Source of the DNA: Blepharisma stoltei ATCC 30299 | Lineage: Eukaryota > Protista > Ciliophora | Direction: 5' to 3' | Assembly: GCA_965603825.1 (NCBI GenBank) | Contig: CBFDEM010000050.1 | Span: 372,001 to 436,000, forward strand | Length of the DNA: 64,000 nt | In this document: in pieces, positions 1-11,929 of the stretch | Numbering within the stretch: the first letter of the stretch is position 1 | How the letters are laid out: every line of letters starts with the position of its first letter | Made by a program: the position numbers and the translations under genes | The notes under the pieces: generated by a model | What the model was told of the DNA's origin: nothing | The model's input: only the letters and a program-made list of their open reading frames with translations | The model's database searches: none

Positions 1-3000
1 TTTTGTCAGCTCTTCAATTAGGTGTTTAGTTTTATCGCTAGCATTCGTAAAAACTTCTATTATTTCTTCATCTGTAACGTCCTCATAAATGCATTTTTCT
101 GCGATAGTCTTTATAATTTTTTTAATAAGCAACTTCTTTTCTTTATTTCCTAAGACCTTAGTTTCAGCTTTAGCATGCTTCATGATAGATCTCAACAAGT
201 CTGCCCCTTCATTGTCGCTAATATCTTTATTTTTTAAGATAAGTGTATTTGTATTAACAATCACATTTTCTAAGTGAGTATAAAGGGTCCTGAATGAAGC
301 AATTCTCTCAGATTTAATATTGAAGTTCAAAAATTCTCAGTCAATTAAAGCAAACCACAATTTGATGGCTGAGTCTTTAATGCTCTGCAGTTCATCTTGG
401 CTAAGTATTTTCATGGCATTAAAGTTGCTAATCGTCCTTAAATAAGCAATTGACTCTACATTAACTGACACTGTCTCATCAGTAATAGGAGAATAAATCG
501 CTACTGTGTCCCCATCAATTGCTCTTATGATGCATCTTGTCATCTTAGAGTTAATTAGTTTTGCTTCAGCCAGCTCAATTGGATCGTTTCCGAAAATATC
601 AACCTGCTTCGATAAAATTGCTAAAGCTTCGATTGCTCCAACTTGATACATAGGAAGTGCTTTTCCGTCTTTTAAGTTTTGGCAAGCATCGTTTAAGGAT
701 TCCATAATTGTGGTGAGCACCTCGTCTCTTCATTTTTCTACGTATATAAGTTCTTTCAAAAGCACAATTGCTTCATAGCCACATCTGAAAAGTTTGCTTT
801 TTGTATCTCTGAAGCCATACCAGTAAGTCATTTTCCCAATTCTTATAAGCAAAAATTGGATAAAGTCGGTACTTGTGCTTTTAAAGTGAGGAAGCGCAGC
901 CCAGATTGCACCTAGTGTTTGAGGTGAGTGCTGGGATGGAAGAATTGCTTTGAGAATGCGAGAGCTAAGGGCAAAGTTGCTTTCTGCGCTGCTCAGGTAA
1001 GTAATTTTAAGGAGCTCTGCAAGATATTCTTCACGAGCTAAGAGGCTCACTATTGTACTCGATCCGAAGCACCCATAAATTGTCCACAATAGAGAAGTCA
1101 TATATTCACTTGCAGATTTTCTTTCTTTATATACTTCTAAACAGCTATTAGGAAGATCATCATACTTGAGAAGAGCCCACTTTAGCTCATGATAATAATC
1201 GAAAAACTTGTTCTGGTCTTTAGCTATTGCATGCATTGCTACATACAAATCTAAATTGCCTTCTTCGTTTTTGAATTCTGATGGGCAATTTTCTTGAACT
1301 TTGTCACCCTGCACAATGCCTTTAATTTCTGCTAACTCGAAAAGATCAAAAAATTGTTGGAAAGATTTTCCTTGATGTTTTGGATTGAACCTTGAAACAA
1401 TATTTTTATATATGGTATCAATATTGCAAAAATCATAAGATATAGCTGCTTGCTCAAAATCTTCTGGTATTTCAGTCCAGATCTTGGAGTGGTCAATATA
1501 ATACTGATCTTCTTTAGAAAGTGTATCTTTCATAGCATGGACTGCGTTGATATATTTAAAGAAATCGAAATTTCCTTTAGAATTTTTGTAAGCATCTTGG
1601 CTTGAAAGGAGTTCTGAGCACTCAGGATCAAGTTTCGAAATTTCAGCAGGAGTTAAAACCCCTTTCATTGCAGGGTCAGCTTTGGCAACTAAATCGTTAA
1701 TCGTTTCCTTCAGCAAGGATTCTCCTAGATTTTTAGTCTCTTTATTAAACTGCCTCATCCACTCTTGCATTGGATTCTTTTTAAAAGCTTTGACAGTGTT
1801 CATTTTATTTACCCACAACTCCCCTGAAACTACTTCATTGAGTTTTAGACCTGAGTAGCCCACCTCCAATAGCGATTGATCTCACTTTAATTCATTAAAA
1901 ATTGAATTCAAAAATAAATCTTGGACAGTCTGTTTGACAACTGGATTGCTTTGGCTTACATCTCCAACTGCACTAAAGACTAAAAGCTTATAAGCAGCCC
2001 ATGCTGTTCTACATAATCTATCTTTAAGGGTTTCTCTTAATTTCTTTTCTTCTTCTGATTCATCACCTAATAAATCATAATAAGGCTTGTATTCACATTC
2101 AAGGCTCTCCTGGATACTGACAAGAAATTGGTTCTTTGCACTTGGTTCGCTCTTTTTGATGAAAATATGTTTGGATTCTCCATTTCGAGTGAACTGACCT
2201 AAATTCTCATATCCTTCAATTTCTTCAGATCTGATTTGGAAATCGGCAATAGGAAGTGCTCCTTTGTGCTCAATAATCAAGTAGAGATTCTGACCTTCTC
2301 CTTCCCTGGTTTCTAAGAGAATTTTATCAACATCATCAAAAATATCAGCTTCTATCAAGATTTTGAATCCTGTAATGCACTGGCCCAAAAGGAATGATTT
2401 GGTCTCAACTTCTTCTCCTATATAGCCTTTAGACCAATTCAATAAAAGAGAAATGATAAGTGGGAACTGTTGCTCGACTATCATAAGATTATCAGGCTCT
2501 TTTAATGAGAAGCATAACGCATCTAAAACAGCCAAGTAATGGAAATATGAAGATCTTTCTATGGCTTCTGTTTTGGATTTGAGCAGCTCCCTCTGTAAGT
2601 ACCCATAGATCCTATAAAATGACTTTTGGACACACTTTAATAGGCTTAAATCAATTCCTTCCACATTTTCCCAATAATGGAATTTTACATTGTTTTGTTT
2701 TAAAGAGTCAACAAAGGATCTTATTAGTGAAGTTTCTTTTATAGACGATAAGCTCATTGAGTTGCCTAAGATGGAAAGTCCAAGAGCTCTTGCAATAGCT
2801 TTCACTCTTCTTTTCTCAATGGTGTCAACAATTTTTTCAGCTGAGACAGGAGCTTCGAATAAAGAAAGAATAAGTTCAGATATTCTTTTGATTTCTTTAA
2901 CGTCTTTTGAGTGGCTTTCATCTTCACTTTCATTGCTTTCTAGCTTAGCAACTAAGTTTGAATTTCTTGCAACTCCTCTTTTGGCTTCCTTCCATTTGCT

Positions 3001-6000
3001 TTCATTTCTTTTACTTTTAGGAATGCTGGCTTCTTGGACTACATTTGCTGCCAAATGTTTCATTGTTTTAGTAATCCCAAGCTCATTTAAGCCTTGACTA
3101 TGCTGTGAATTGATTAATAAAGCGCATTTAAATACAACATCTTTAGAAACTTCTTCAAAGGTCATAGATGCAGTTTCCGTTAATTTTTGGATGTATTTTT
3201 CAGCCCATTTTCTATATTTTACTGCATCTTTTATGAGGTATTTTACTGTAGATCCAACAATTGTAGGATCTTGAAGAAGGTTTTTGAAAGTCTCAGCAAA
3301 TTCAAAGATAGCTACATAAACAGCGAAAATGGCTCTTTCTGCTTTATCAAAATCTGGTCCTCCAACTGCTGAATCTTCTTCGCAAACTCCGCTCAAAGTT
3401 TTCAGGGTATTCCAATCTCTTATAATTTCGCTATTCCCTTCAATGAAATCATTGATAAACTGATTGTCAGAATACTTTGCATCTCCCCATTTTCCAAAAG
3501 AGTCAATATACTCTTGCATCGTCAGCTCTGATTTATTATTGCATACCAGCTTTTTAGTAGGATCGCTTTTAATAAATTGATTTAGCATCTTATGCTTAAC
3601 TTTTTCTCCAATTCCTGGCACTTGGGCTAGGGTGATAAGACTTTCTGGGATCGGGCTTTGAGATTTAACAAGTGATAAAGTTTTATCAGAAATTCCGTAT
3701 TTAAGCAGTGGATTTTGAAGCAAAGCTCTCACTTTTTCATCTTCTGGAGTTATCTCAAATTCTCCAGAAATCAATTTTGCGCTGATAAATCCAATCATAA
3801 TCCCTGCTGCATCTTTTGTGGTATCTGGTCATTGTTTAGCATAATATTCAGCTTGGACTTCACCGAAAATATCAATTTTCCAGCCCCAATAGGCTCTATA
3901 GATATCTGAGTGGAATGTGAAGAACAAATATGGGGCATTTACTTCAATTCTTTCACCATTCTTTGGGAAATCGTCTCCGTCCCATCTGAAGAGCTTTTCT
4001 TCTTTTTTGCTGTCTTTCCAAAGCTCTAAATAATCGTAATTCTTATTGGTTTTGCATTGAGGGTCAAAGACCAAATAATATTTTCTTGCTCCAGGGATCT
4101 TTACAGTGTGGGTAATATTAAGATTTTTATCATAATTGTGCTGACTTTCGTAAGCATCTGTTGTAGCTAGAACCCACTCTTTATTTAGGATTTTTGGCTT
4201 TGGATCGAAATACTGTAGAGATGATATGATGATCTGCAAAACTGGTAAAATTTTTGCTAAGAAATCAAGGCTCATTCTGGTTAAAGACAGCATGTAAAGA
4301 AGAGTTTCTAATAAATCTGCAAGGATGGTTTTTCTTAAAGTGCTTGTGAGTTTATCTGACAATGTAGACCCTTTTTCTTTTGCTTTTACAATATGAAGAA
4401 CCTCTTCACATTTCTGGAAAACACTTAATGAGTAGTTCATTAAGATTTCTTGCCATTTTCCTTTGAAGTTAGACTTAGCAGCTTGACCGAATAAAGCAAT
4501 TTGGCTTATTTCAAGAAGTTTCAAGATTCCAACAGATGTCTCTTCTCCCCTCACAAACTTCTTGGAAATTTCTGAAGAAAGCTCAATCAAGTACTTGAAA
4601 TAAGTTTCCACTAAATGCTGAGACTCGTCATTATTAAGTTCCAAAGCTGGGAAAAGTTTGTCAGGTCGAGCCATTTCAAGGAAAATTCTATCTTCAAGCT
4701 CTTTAAGGATACCTGATATCTCAACTCCGTCCATTTGATCTTTAAGTCTATCTAATAAATAAGACAATTTCTCCTGTGGGTCCTTATAAAAGACAGAAAA
4801 GCACGATGTCACAATTTTTGTGGCTTCTTCACAAGCCTTGGACCCTGGCATGCTATTTATTAGATCAATAGCGATTTTCATAATTCTTGTTCTTAGCCGC
4901 CTTTCTAAAGTTGCATTTGGGATCATGTTCGACCCAATTAAGTGCGATCTGGTGAGTTTTAGCACATAAACGAGCATTTCTGAATAAATTTCTTTCGATT
5001 CTCTTTCAACATTTTCTGAGTGAATGTTTTCGATACAAATCAAAGCCAATTTTTCTAAAATTTCGACAGTTTCATTCTTGATGTCAAGGAAAAGCCCGAT
5101 AATTTTTTCAACATTCGCCTTCTTCTCTTTATTTTCTAAATTTTCTATGATATGATCATTTAAGACGTCAAATGATTTAAGAATATAATGTGTGAGTTCA
5201 ATAGGCTTCATTTGGAGATACTCATCAGTCATTTCTCCAGTTGTGATAGCTCTGTCAATGATGCTTAAATCTTCAAGCTTCACTTCTACATTAGACCTTT
5301 TTCTATAGTTTTCAACTTTTATGCGAGCGATTTCTGGCATATCTAGGGGATTATAGATGATTTTGTATTTGCTGATTCCTCCAAGGCACATAAAAAGTTT
5401 CATACTTTTAATACATTCAGGAAGATCGCTAATAGGTTTGGGGTATTCTTTTCCGTTGCGGAAGAAAAGAATTGTGCGCTCATCCATATCCAGCAGAAGT
5501 CCAATTTTGTCACCGACTACGTATCTTTCGAAGGCATATAATTGAAATCCTACTCTATAAATACTTCCCGTAGGTTCATAATGGAAAGTCATCATTTCGT
5601 TTTCAGGGGTCGAGTCGAGGTAAGGATAATATCCATCGCAAATTCCATAGAAAACTTTGTCAGTTTCACCTTCAATCCAAGTCATCTCAAAATAGTGAGC
5701 CCCTTCTGTCCAAGCTTCTGCTGAAAGAATAGCTCCCCAGCCATCAGTAGCTGTTCTGATTAATATATTTGGCTCATCGCTTTTGATTTCTAAGCCTTTC
5801 CCTTTCTTTTGAGCATCTCAAGCAAAAAAATCACTTATTTTTGACTTTGTAAGGATCTTAAAGTTCGTTAGCATAGGGAAAAGTTGTTTATAAATTGGAG
5901 AATAGTCTTGATTTGGATCCAAATTGGCAAATGCTAAAGCTAATGCTAAAGCGGTACACAAATTTCCTGTAGCGACATAAAACCCAAAAAGAATTGAATA

Positions 6001-6717
6001 GCAGGCATTTATGTCTTCTTCTTGGATATTTGGGAGCTCTCTTCTTAGCATTGAGTTGAAAAATGTAAGAACTGATAAAACTACTTGAAAGACCGAAGGG
6101 TCATTATCATGCAGTGCCATTGGGCTTAACCCAACAACTGTACCTGAAGCAACCTGTATGATGATCTTATAAAGCTCAGGCTTATCAGGGCCTAAAACCT
6201 TAATTATCCCAAATAGCGAAGACAGATTAAAAGATACTCCTGATTTGGCAATTGGTTTGAGGGTTTCCTTAATTTTTGAAGCTTCTGGCTTTGATTTTCT
6301 TTTTTCACGCTCATCCATTCTAAGTATAGTTTCATAAGTTCTGCTCAGGAATTGAAGTTTTTTCGTCATCTCAACTGAGGTTGAGTCTTCCCCTCTGCGT
6401 AAGTCAATTTCTTTCAGTAAGCCTTGGATGACTTTTGTATGTCTTACTTTGATAAAACTTTTATCTTCCATGCTGCACAGCATTTGTTCTTCATTTATGT
6501 AGTTCAGGTCTTCAAGATTGGCTGAAGCAGATGATGATGATGATGATGAGCCTGGTACCTGATACTTATTGAGGTCTCCTCGAGCTATCAGAGCACTATA
6601 ATTGAAAAACAGTTTTTGGTCACCGAGAATGCAAAGATCTCCCTTCAGTTCTTTTTCTAGAGCTTCAGAAGTTAAACCTGATATACGAGTTGCTATGCTG
6701 GTGGCTGCGTTACCCAT
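1..6717 (-). CDS. Giant SPRY/CUB-like domain protein (HERC/HECTD4-like E3 family), copy A; 3' end runs off the window
   Basis: ORFs 5818-6717, 3829-5685, 1882-3798, 730-1869 and 337-720 share one frame and are separated only by TGA; the frame stays open to base 1. Colinear paralog of 27319-39474. Several TGAs here align to TGG in copy B (FFA*DA/FAWET, ELK*DQ/ELKWDQ). SPRY motif VGDKIGLLLDMDERT; CUB-like ESQHNY..IPGARK..FHSD..WGWK. Confidence 0.88.
6530..6549. repeat. (GAT)n microsatellite encoding poly-Ser in HECT-like copy A
   Basis: gatgatgatgatgatgatga; 7 Ser here versus 4 Ser at the equivalent site in copy B (~39297). Confidence 0.8.
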
Positions 6718-8310
6718 TAATTATTACTGGTGACTGAAATGGTTCAAATATAGATGATAATAAATCTGTTAAATTTTTTTAGAATCTTTTAAGTAGAATA
6801 TTTAAATCTCCTTTCAGCTCTTTTTCTACGGCTTCAGGAGATAGGCCTAAAACAAGCTGCAAAGATGGTAGCTGCGTTACAATAAATTATTATCCTTAAG
6901 AGAAAAATGGATGTATGAATATAATAAAATCTGTTCTAATTCCATAAAATTTTAAAAATGACAAAATTTGCTTTGGAAAGACTTAAAAGTGTAGGTAAGT
7001 ATAAACAATTCAGAATAATATAATATCTTGTAATTTGATTCTTTATAACTAGTTAATACTGTATTTGCTATAAAAATAAGATAATATTATTCATAGGCTC
7101 TACTTCTGTAACTTATAAATGGATACACCATTCTTTGAGAATTTAATTCTGCAATCTGATCGATAATGTCTAATAAAATTAAAATTAGCTTAATAAAGGA
7201 TGACTTCCCGATCCTTTAGAACAGAAGTGGTTTAAATCTTGTATAGCATAGCATTTAGGTTGCAGACTGATCCAATTTTATTACTAAATAATTATAAAAA
7301 TCTTTTTCTAAGAGCGCTTAGCTTGCATAATAATAAAAAAGACTGAGGAAGGGGATGATTAGATGTGTTAAAAATATATAGCATTCCAAATAAAAAATAC
7401 AAATTTAAGAAATAATTGTTCGAGGATTTTATATTTTTGTATTTATAGATTTTTCTATGATCTTTTAAAATATTATTTAAAATCTTATTGAAATGCTGCC
7501 TTCTGAATTCTAATAATTTCTTAATTGTTAATTTTTGAATAAATATAGCTCCAGAAAATAGCTTTGTTATTTATAAAGAGATAATTTGTGCTCATCCTTA
7601 CAAAGATAAGATTCTCCATCTTAATTATCATTTTATTTAATCATTAAGCTAATAAAATTATTCCTAGCTAAAATATTAGCATTCCTTTATTCTACATTAA
7701 CTATTTGCCGCTTCTATGTTCTTTATTTAAAAGTATGATATTGAAATAATGATTGGATGCCTGAAAGCTGAGTTTTGTAGATAAAAATTTTTGATGAATA
7801 AGCATCAGACTTTTATTTTTAAAAAAAATCCTCAATATGAATTTTATTCAGTTTTATATTTTTAGAAATAATTTCTTTCGCTTTCACGTCAAACAATAAG
7901 ATATTATCCAGTTGGTATTTTTTGCAAAATATCTCACTGTTATTGTAGAAATGGTGCAGCTTGATGTAAACATAGCGAATGTTGTGTCAAATCTGTGAAT
8001 TTGAGGAAGGGATGAAGATAGAAAGATATGATGGGCTCATGGAAGATTATGGAGATGATGCAGTAGGCTTTTTTTAGAAGAATAGAGTTTATAATTCAGG
8101 GAAAGAAGGCAGTTAGTCATTGATGGGCCTACATTGGAGGCTCAAATAAGTACTCACATTATTGCCTGTATTAGATGAATCTGAAAAGAAAATGAGAGAA
8201 GTGCTGCATTAGATCAGAAGTAAGTTAGATAAGATTAAGATAATTATAGAAGTAAACCTCTATTTATGTGTTAAATAACTTAATTTCGAATTTAGAAATA
8301 AATTCTAAAA

Positions 8311-9894
8311 ATGAGCACCGCGCAAAGGATTTGTGATCGAAACAAAGGTTTCCAGCAATCAATAGATCCAGAACTCCTCCAAATCAAGCGAGAAGAGCAT
8401 CACATTGAGCTTCGTCGCAATAAGCGTTTCGAGCTCAGCAAGAAAAGGCGCTTCGCTTCTTCCCAAACTCCCACCCTTTCATTTTCCTCCGATTTCAGCT
8501 CATTCCGTCCTTATCTTCAAAATCTCATTTCAAATAAGCGAATAATCCTTGAATCCTGCATCGAAATTCTAAAAAATAATAACCAGCCAAGCATTATCAA
8601 AGAAGCCCTTTATATTACTCGGAAACTATTAGAATCGATCTCTGAAGACTCAGACCTCGACATTTATGTGGAATTAAACTACATCCCAGTGTTTATACAT
8701 TATTTAAGCCAAGATTATCCTAAAGAAATTCAGTTTGAAGCTTCCTTTGCCTTGTGTTCATTTGCTACTTTTGATCATAATTATGTGGAAATGCTGGTAA
8801 AGAATGGAGCAATTAGAGAATGCCAACTTGCGATCAGTAGAGACTATGATGAAATCGCTGAAAATTGTATATGATGTATAGGAAATATTGCTGGGGATAA
8901 TGAAAAATATAGAGAGATTATTATTTCTGAAGGAATTTTTGATTTTTTGATGGATGCGCTACAAAATATTAGTGTACAAAATAACAAAAGCCCATTGGTG
9001 AATGTCTTGGTATGGGTGCTTAGCAATATTTCTAGAAGTGCAAATAAAATCCCTGATTTGACTATGAGAAAATTGTTGAATATAGTTAGACCTTGTTTAG
9101 ATTTGGAAGATAATGATATAATAGCATCAGTATTCTGGATTTTAAATTATTCTACACAAGGTGATTCATATTGTATAGAAAGAATTCTGGAAGCTAAATA
9201 CGCTCCTATTATAATTAATTATTGTGATTCCCATGATTATTCTATTGCACTTCCTGCGCTAAAAACCCTTGGAAATATTTCTAGTGGAAATAATGCTCAG
9301 ACTGAGCTTATGCTAAATTTAAATGCCTTAGAAAAGCTTCTCAATCATATTAGATCAAGCCAAGCTGTTATTAGAAAAGAAGTGTACTGGGCTCTAAGCA
9401 ACTTTGTAGGAGGGTCTTCTGCACATGTAGAAAGAGTCGCTCAGCATTTAGTGATCCCGCTAGCAATGAAAGGTCTTACAGATGAAGATCATGGCGTTAG
9501 AGTAGAAGCTGGCTGGGTTTTCAGTAATTTCGGTATTAGAGGAAGTCCAGAGTGCACTATTAGTCTCATAAAAAATGGGTTTCTAAATTATTTACAACAA
9601 GCTCTTGATAAAGAGACCGACCCAAATACTTTGAAAAATTTATTAGTGATTACAAAAAGAATATTAGAGGCTGCATCGATTAAACCGCAGGAAGAGAAAA
9701 AAGAAAACAATATTTGTCTCAAGCTATTTGAAAGCTCAGGATGCTTAGCAGCTTTGCATAAACAGCTAGATCATGGCAACAGCTTTGTGAATGAGTTTGC
9801 TTTAAAGCTATTAAAAGAATTTTTTGATTATGAGGAGCCGGAGGAAGAACTTGATATTGAAAATGCAAAAATCACAAAATTTGAGTTTTCATAA
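8311..9894 (+). CDS. Importin subunit alpha (karyopherin alpha), 527 aa
   Basis: IBB domain (KREEHHIELRRNKR..KKRR) and ARM repeats. TGA at 8872-8874 falls in ENCI-W-CIGNIAGD, the conserved (V)WALGNIAGD motif. Also PALKTLGNISSG and RKEVYWALSN. Ends TAA. Confidence 0.93.
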
Positions 9895-9924
9895 TTTTAA
9901 TTAATTTTATGGTAATAAATTTAT

Positions 9925-10030
9925 TTCTAGCTCATACTCTTGCTGAAGGGCTTTGCTTTCGAAACAAATCTGAATATCTTATTGTCAATAGAAAAGTATA
10001 CTCTGCTTTTATGTATGATTTATATGAATT
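9925..10030 (-). pseudogene. Decayed 3' remnant of a Kelch-family paralog
   Basis: Minus strand reads ..VYFSIDNKIFRF.., matching the C-terminus VFFSIDNKVFRF of the 10328-11728 gene; frameshifted and short. Confidence 0.55.
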
Positions 10031-10327
10031 TATAAAGTAATTTGTTTACATGCTAAATATCCCGGTAAATAAATGAAGCACTCTGTAATTATAATTAGAG
10101 ATGAAAAAGGTGATAGCATAAAAGAAAGCTTTAATAGGATTTATTAAAGCATTCTATGTATAACGATGCCAAATGCAGATTGCGGCTTCCTGTTTTATAC
10201 CATAGAAACCACCAAAGAAAATTCGCATTTGCTCTAGTTCAAAGTGCTAAATTTATTCATTAGACATCACAATATAGTCAATTATTTATCTACTAGAAAA
10301 TATTTTTTAATCCTAAATTATTCGTTT

Positions 10328-11728
10328 CTAAACTTCTAATTCCTGTTTAACTGATTTTGTTTTCAAATCAAACCTGAATACCTTATTGTCAATTGAAAAG
10401 AATACACTTCTATAATTGTATGATTTATACATAAGCATGCCCCGATTTTGCACATTTGAAGCAAAAAGGATTTCCCATTCAAAAATATTTCCCGCGAAAG
10501 ATTCATAAATGCTGCCTTCTGTTTCTATGATGTACACCTTTTCATAATGCTTGCAGATTATCTTTTTTCTGCCTTGGCATAATTTTAGAGAGCATTTGTT
10601 ATAGCTGTTGCTATATATATCATATATAAAAAGCCGAGAATGACTGGATCCAGAAATCAAAATCTTATTTTTTATGGCCTCGCAGCAATAAAGAGACCCT
10701 GGAACTGGGAGATCAGCAAGAATTTGCCATTTATTGCTCTTGATATTAAATTTTCTAGCATTTGCTAGCATTTTCCCATTACTCCACCCTCCAAATACAT
10801 ATACAAATCCTTTTTTATATATAGTGCCTGAATATATACTAGGAATTCCATCTCTCAGGGATTTAATTTTACCTTCTTTATTTATAAGAAAAGCTGTCCC
10901 TTGATAAGCTTTATTAAGGCAATTTCCATAGCAGAACAAGTTCCCATCAGCATAGCATAGGGAATACCCATACAAATTATTTGGTAAATTTAATTCACAT
11001 GAGGTCACTATATTCGTATTTGGATTATAAGAGAATAGTTTTTTGGTATCTGGGTATATGCCATATAAATTATGAATATCAAATGGCGTAGTCATTTGGG
11101 AAATTTTTTGGACTGATAAATCAATTATCGAATTTTTCTCCAAATCAGCTAATATGGCGTTTAGGACAAACTTTGAGTTTATCATTTCAATCTGAAGCTT
11201 CAGTTTCAAAGCTCCAGAAGTGATTTTGGATTGCTTTTGGCTCAAATAACTATTGTTTTTGCTTTTTAGAGCCTGCTGAAATGGGCATTTTGAAGACATG
11301 GACAACTTTTTGCATTTCTTTTTTATCCCTTTTAGCAAGGCTAATAAATAGTTTGCATAGCTACTTATCTCTGTTTTTGCATTCTCAGTTTGGGCTAATA
11401 ATACCTTCTTGGTGGCTTTTATCATACTTTTTACTTCCTCAAGCTCACTATTTAAGATCTTAAAATTAGCATTATGATCAGAGCTTGAATTTCTGTGGCT
11501 TTTATGGGAAGGAAATGCAGAGCTTTTGAGTGGATTTGCCTTGATTAATCCTTCACTTTTAGAAGGTGCAGGATTTTGAATTTCTTGTAAGTGATTTATG
11601 TGGTGTTTGCAATTAGGTAGATCTTCAAAATGGTTTGATCTATGGAATTGACACATCAAGGTCTTTTTTGATTTGCATTCACAAACCAAAATTGGTTTTC
11701 TAACACAATTGGAGAAATAGCATTCCAT
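10328..11728 (-). CDS. Zn-finger (B-box-like)/coiled-coil/Kelch-repeat protein, 466 aa
   Basis: N-terminal CxxxxC..CxC..CxxHxxxH, then a helical region, then Kelch motifs (VYVFGGW..ARKFNIKSNKWQILADLP). Ends TAG. Confidence 0.8.
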   Translation of the reverse strand: MECYFSNCVRKPILVCECKSKKTLMCQFHRSNHFEDLPNCKHHINHLQEIQNPAPSKSEGLIKANPLKSSAFPSHKSHRNSSSDHNANFKILNSELEEVKSMIKATKKVLLAQTENAKTEISSYANYLLALLKGIKKKCKKLSMSSKCPFQQALKSKNNSYLSQKQSKITSGALKLKLQIEMINSKFVLNAILADLEKNSIIDLSVQKISQMTTPFDIHNLYGIYPDTKKLFSYNPNTNIVTSCELNLPNNLYGYSLCYADGNLFCYGNCLNKAYQGTAFLINKEGKIKSLRDGIPSIYSGTIYKKGFVYVFGGWSNGKMLANARKFNIKSNKWQILADLPVPGSLYCCEAIKNKILISGSSHSRLFIYDIYSNSYNKCSLKLCQGRKKIICKHYEKVYIIETEGSIYESFAGNIFEWEILFASNVQNRGMLMYKSYNYRSVFFSIDNKVFRFDLKTKSVKQELEV

Positions 11729-11929
11729 TTTACAATTTTAATAAAAATTGTGGTATGAATTAATGCATTTGAATTATATTGATTTTTTTGGTATCGTCTT
11801 TATAAAAATGGAGATTTTTATTTTTTGCCATTATCATTGCTACTGATATTTTAACTAAACACTTCATATCTTTACTGAATTTAAACCAAAAACCTTATTT
11901 CTCATTAAATAATTTAAAAATAATTTTAT

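Noticed and set aside
7860-8230. Purine-rich, coding-like patch present only in copy A (contains LVIDGPTLE)
   Set aside because: Interrupted by TAA/TAG and too short to assign; it may be a gene remnant, but I cannot support a call.
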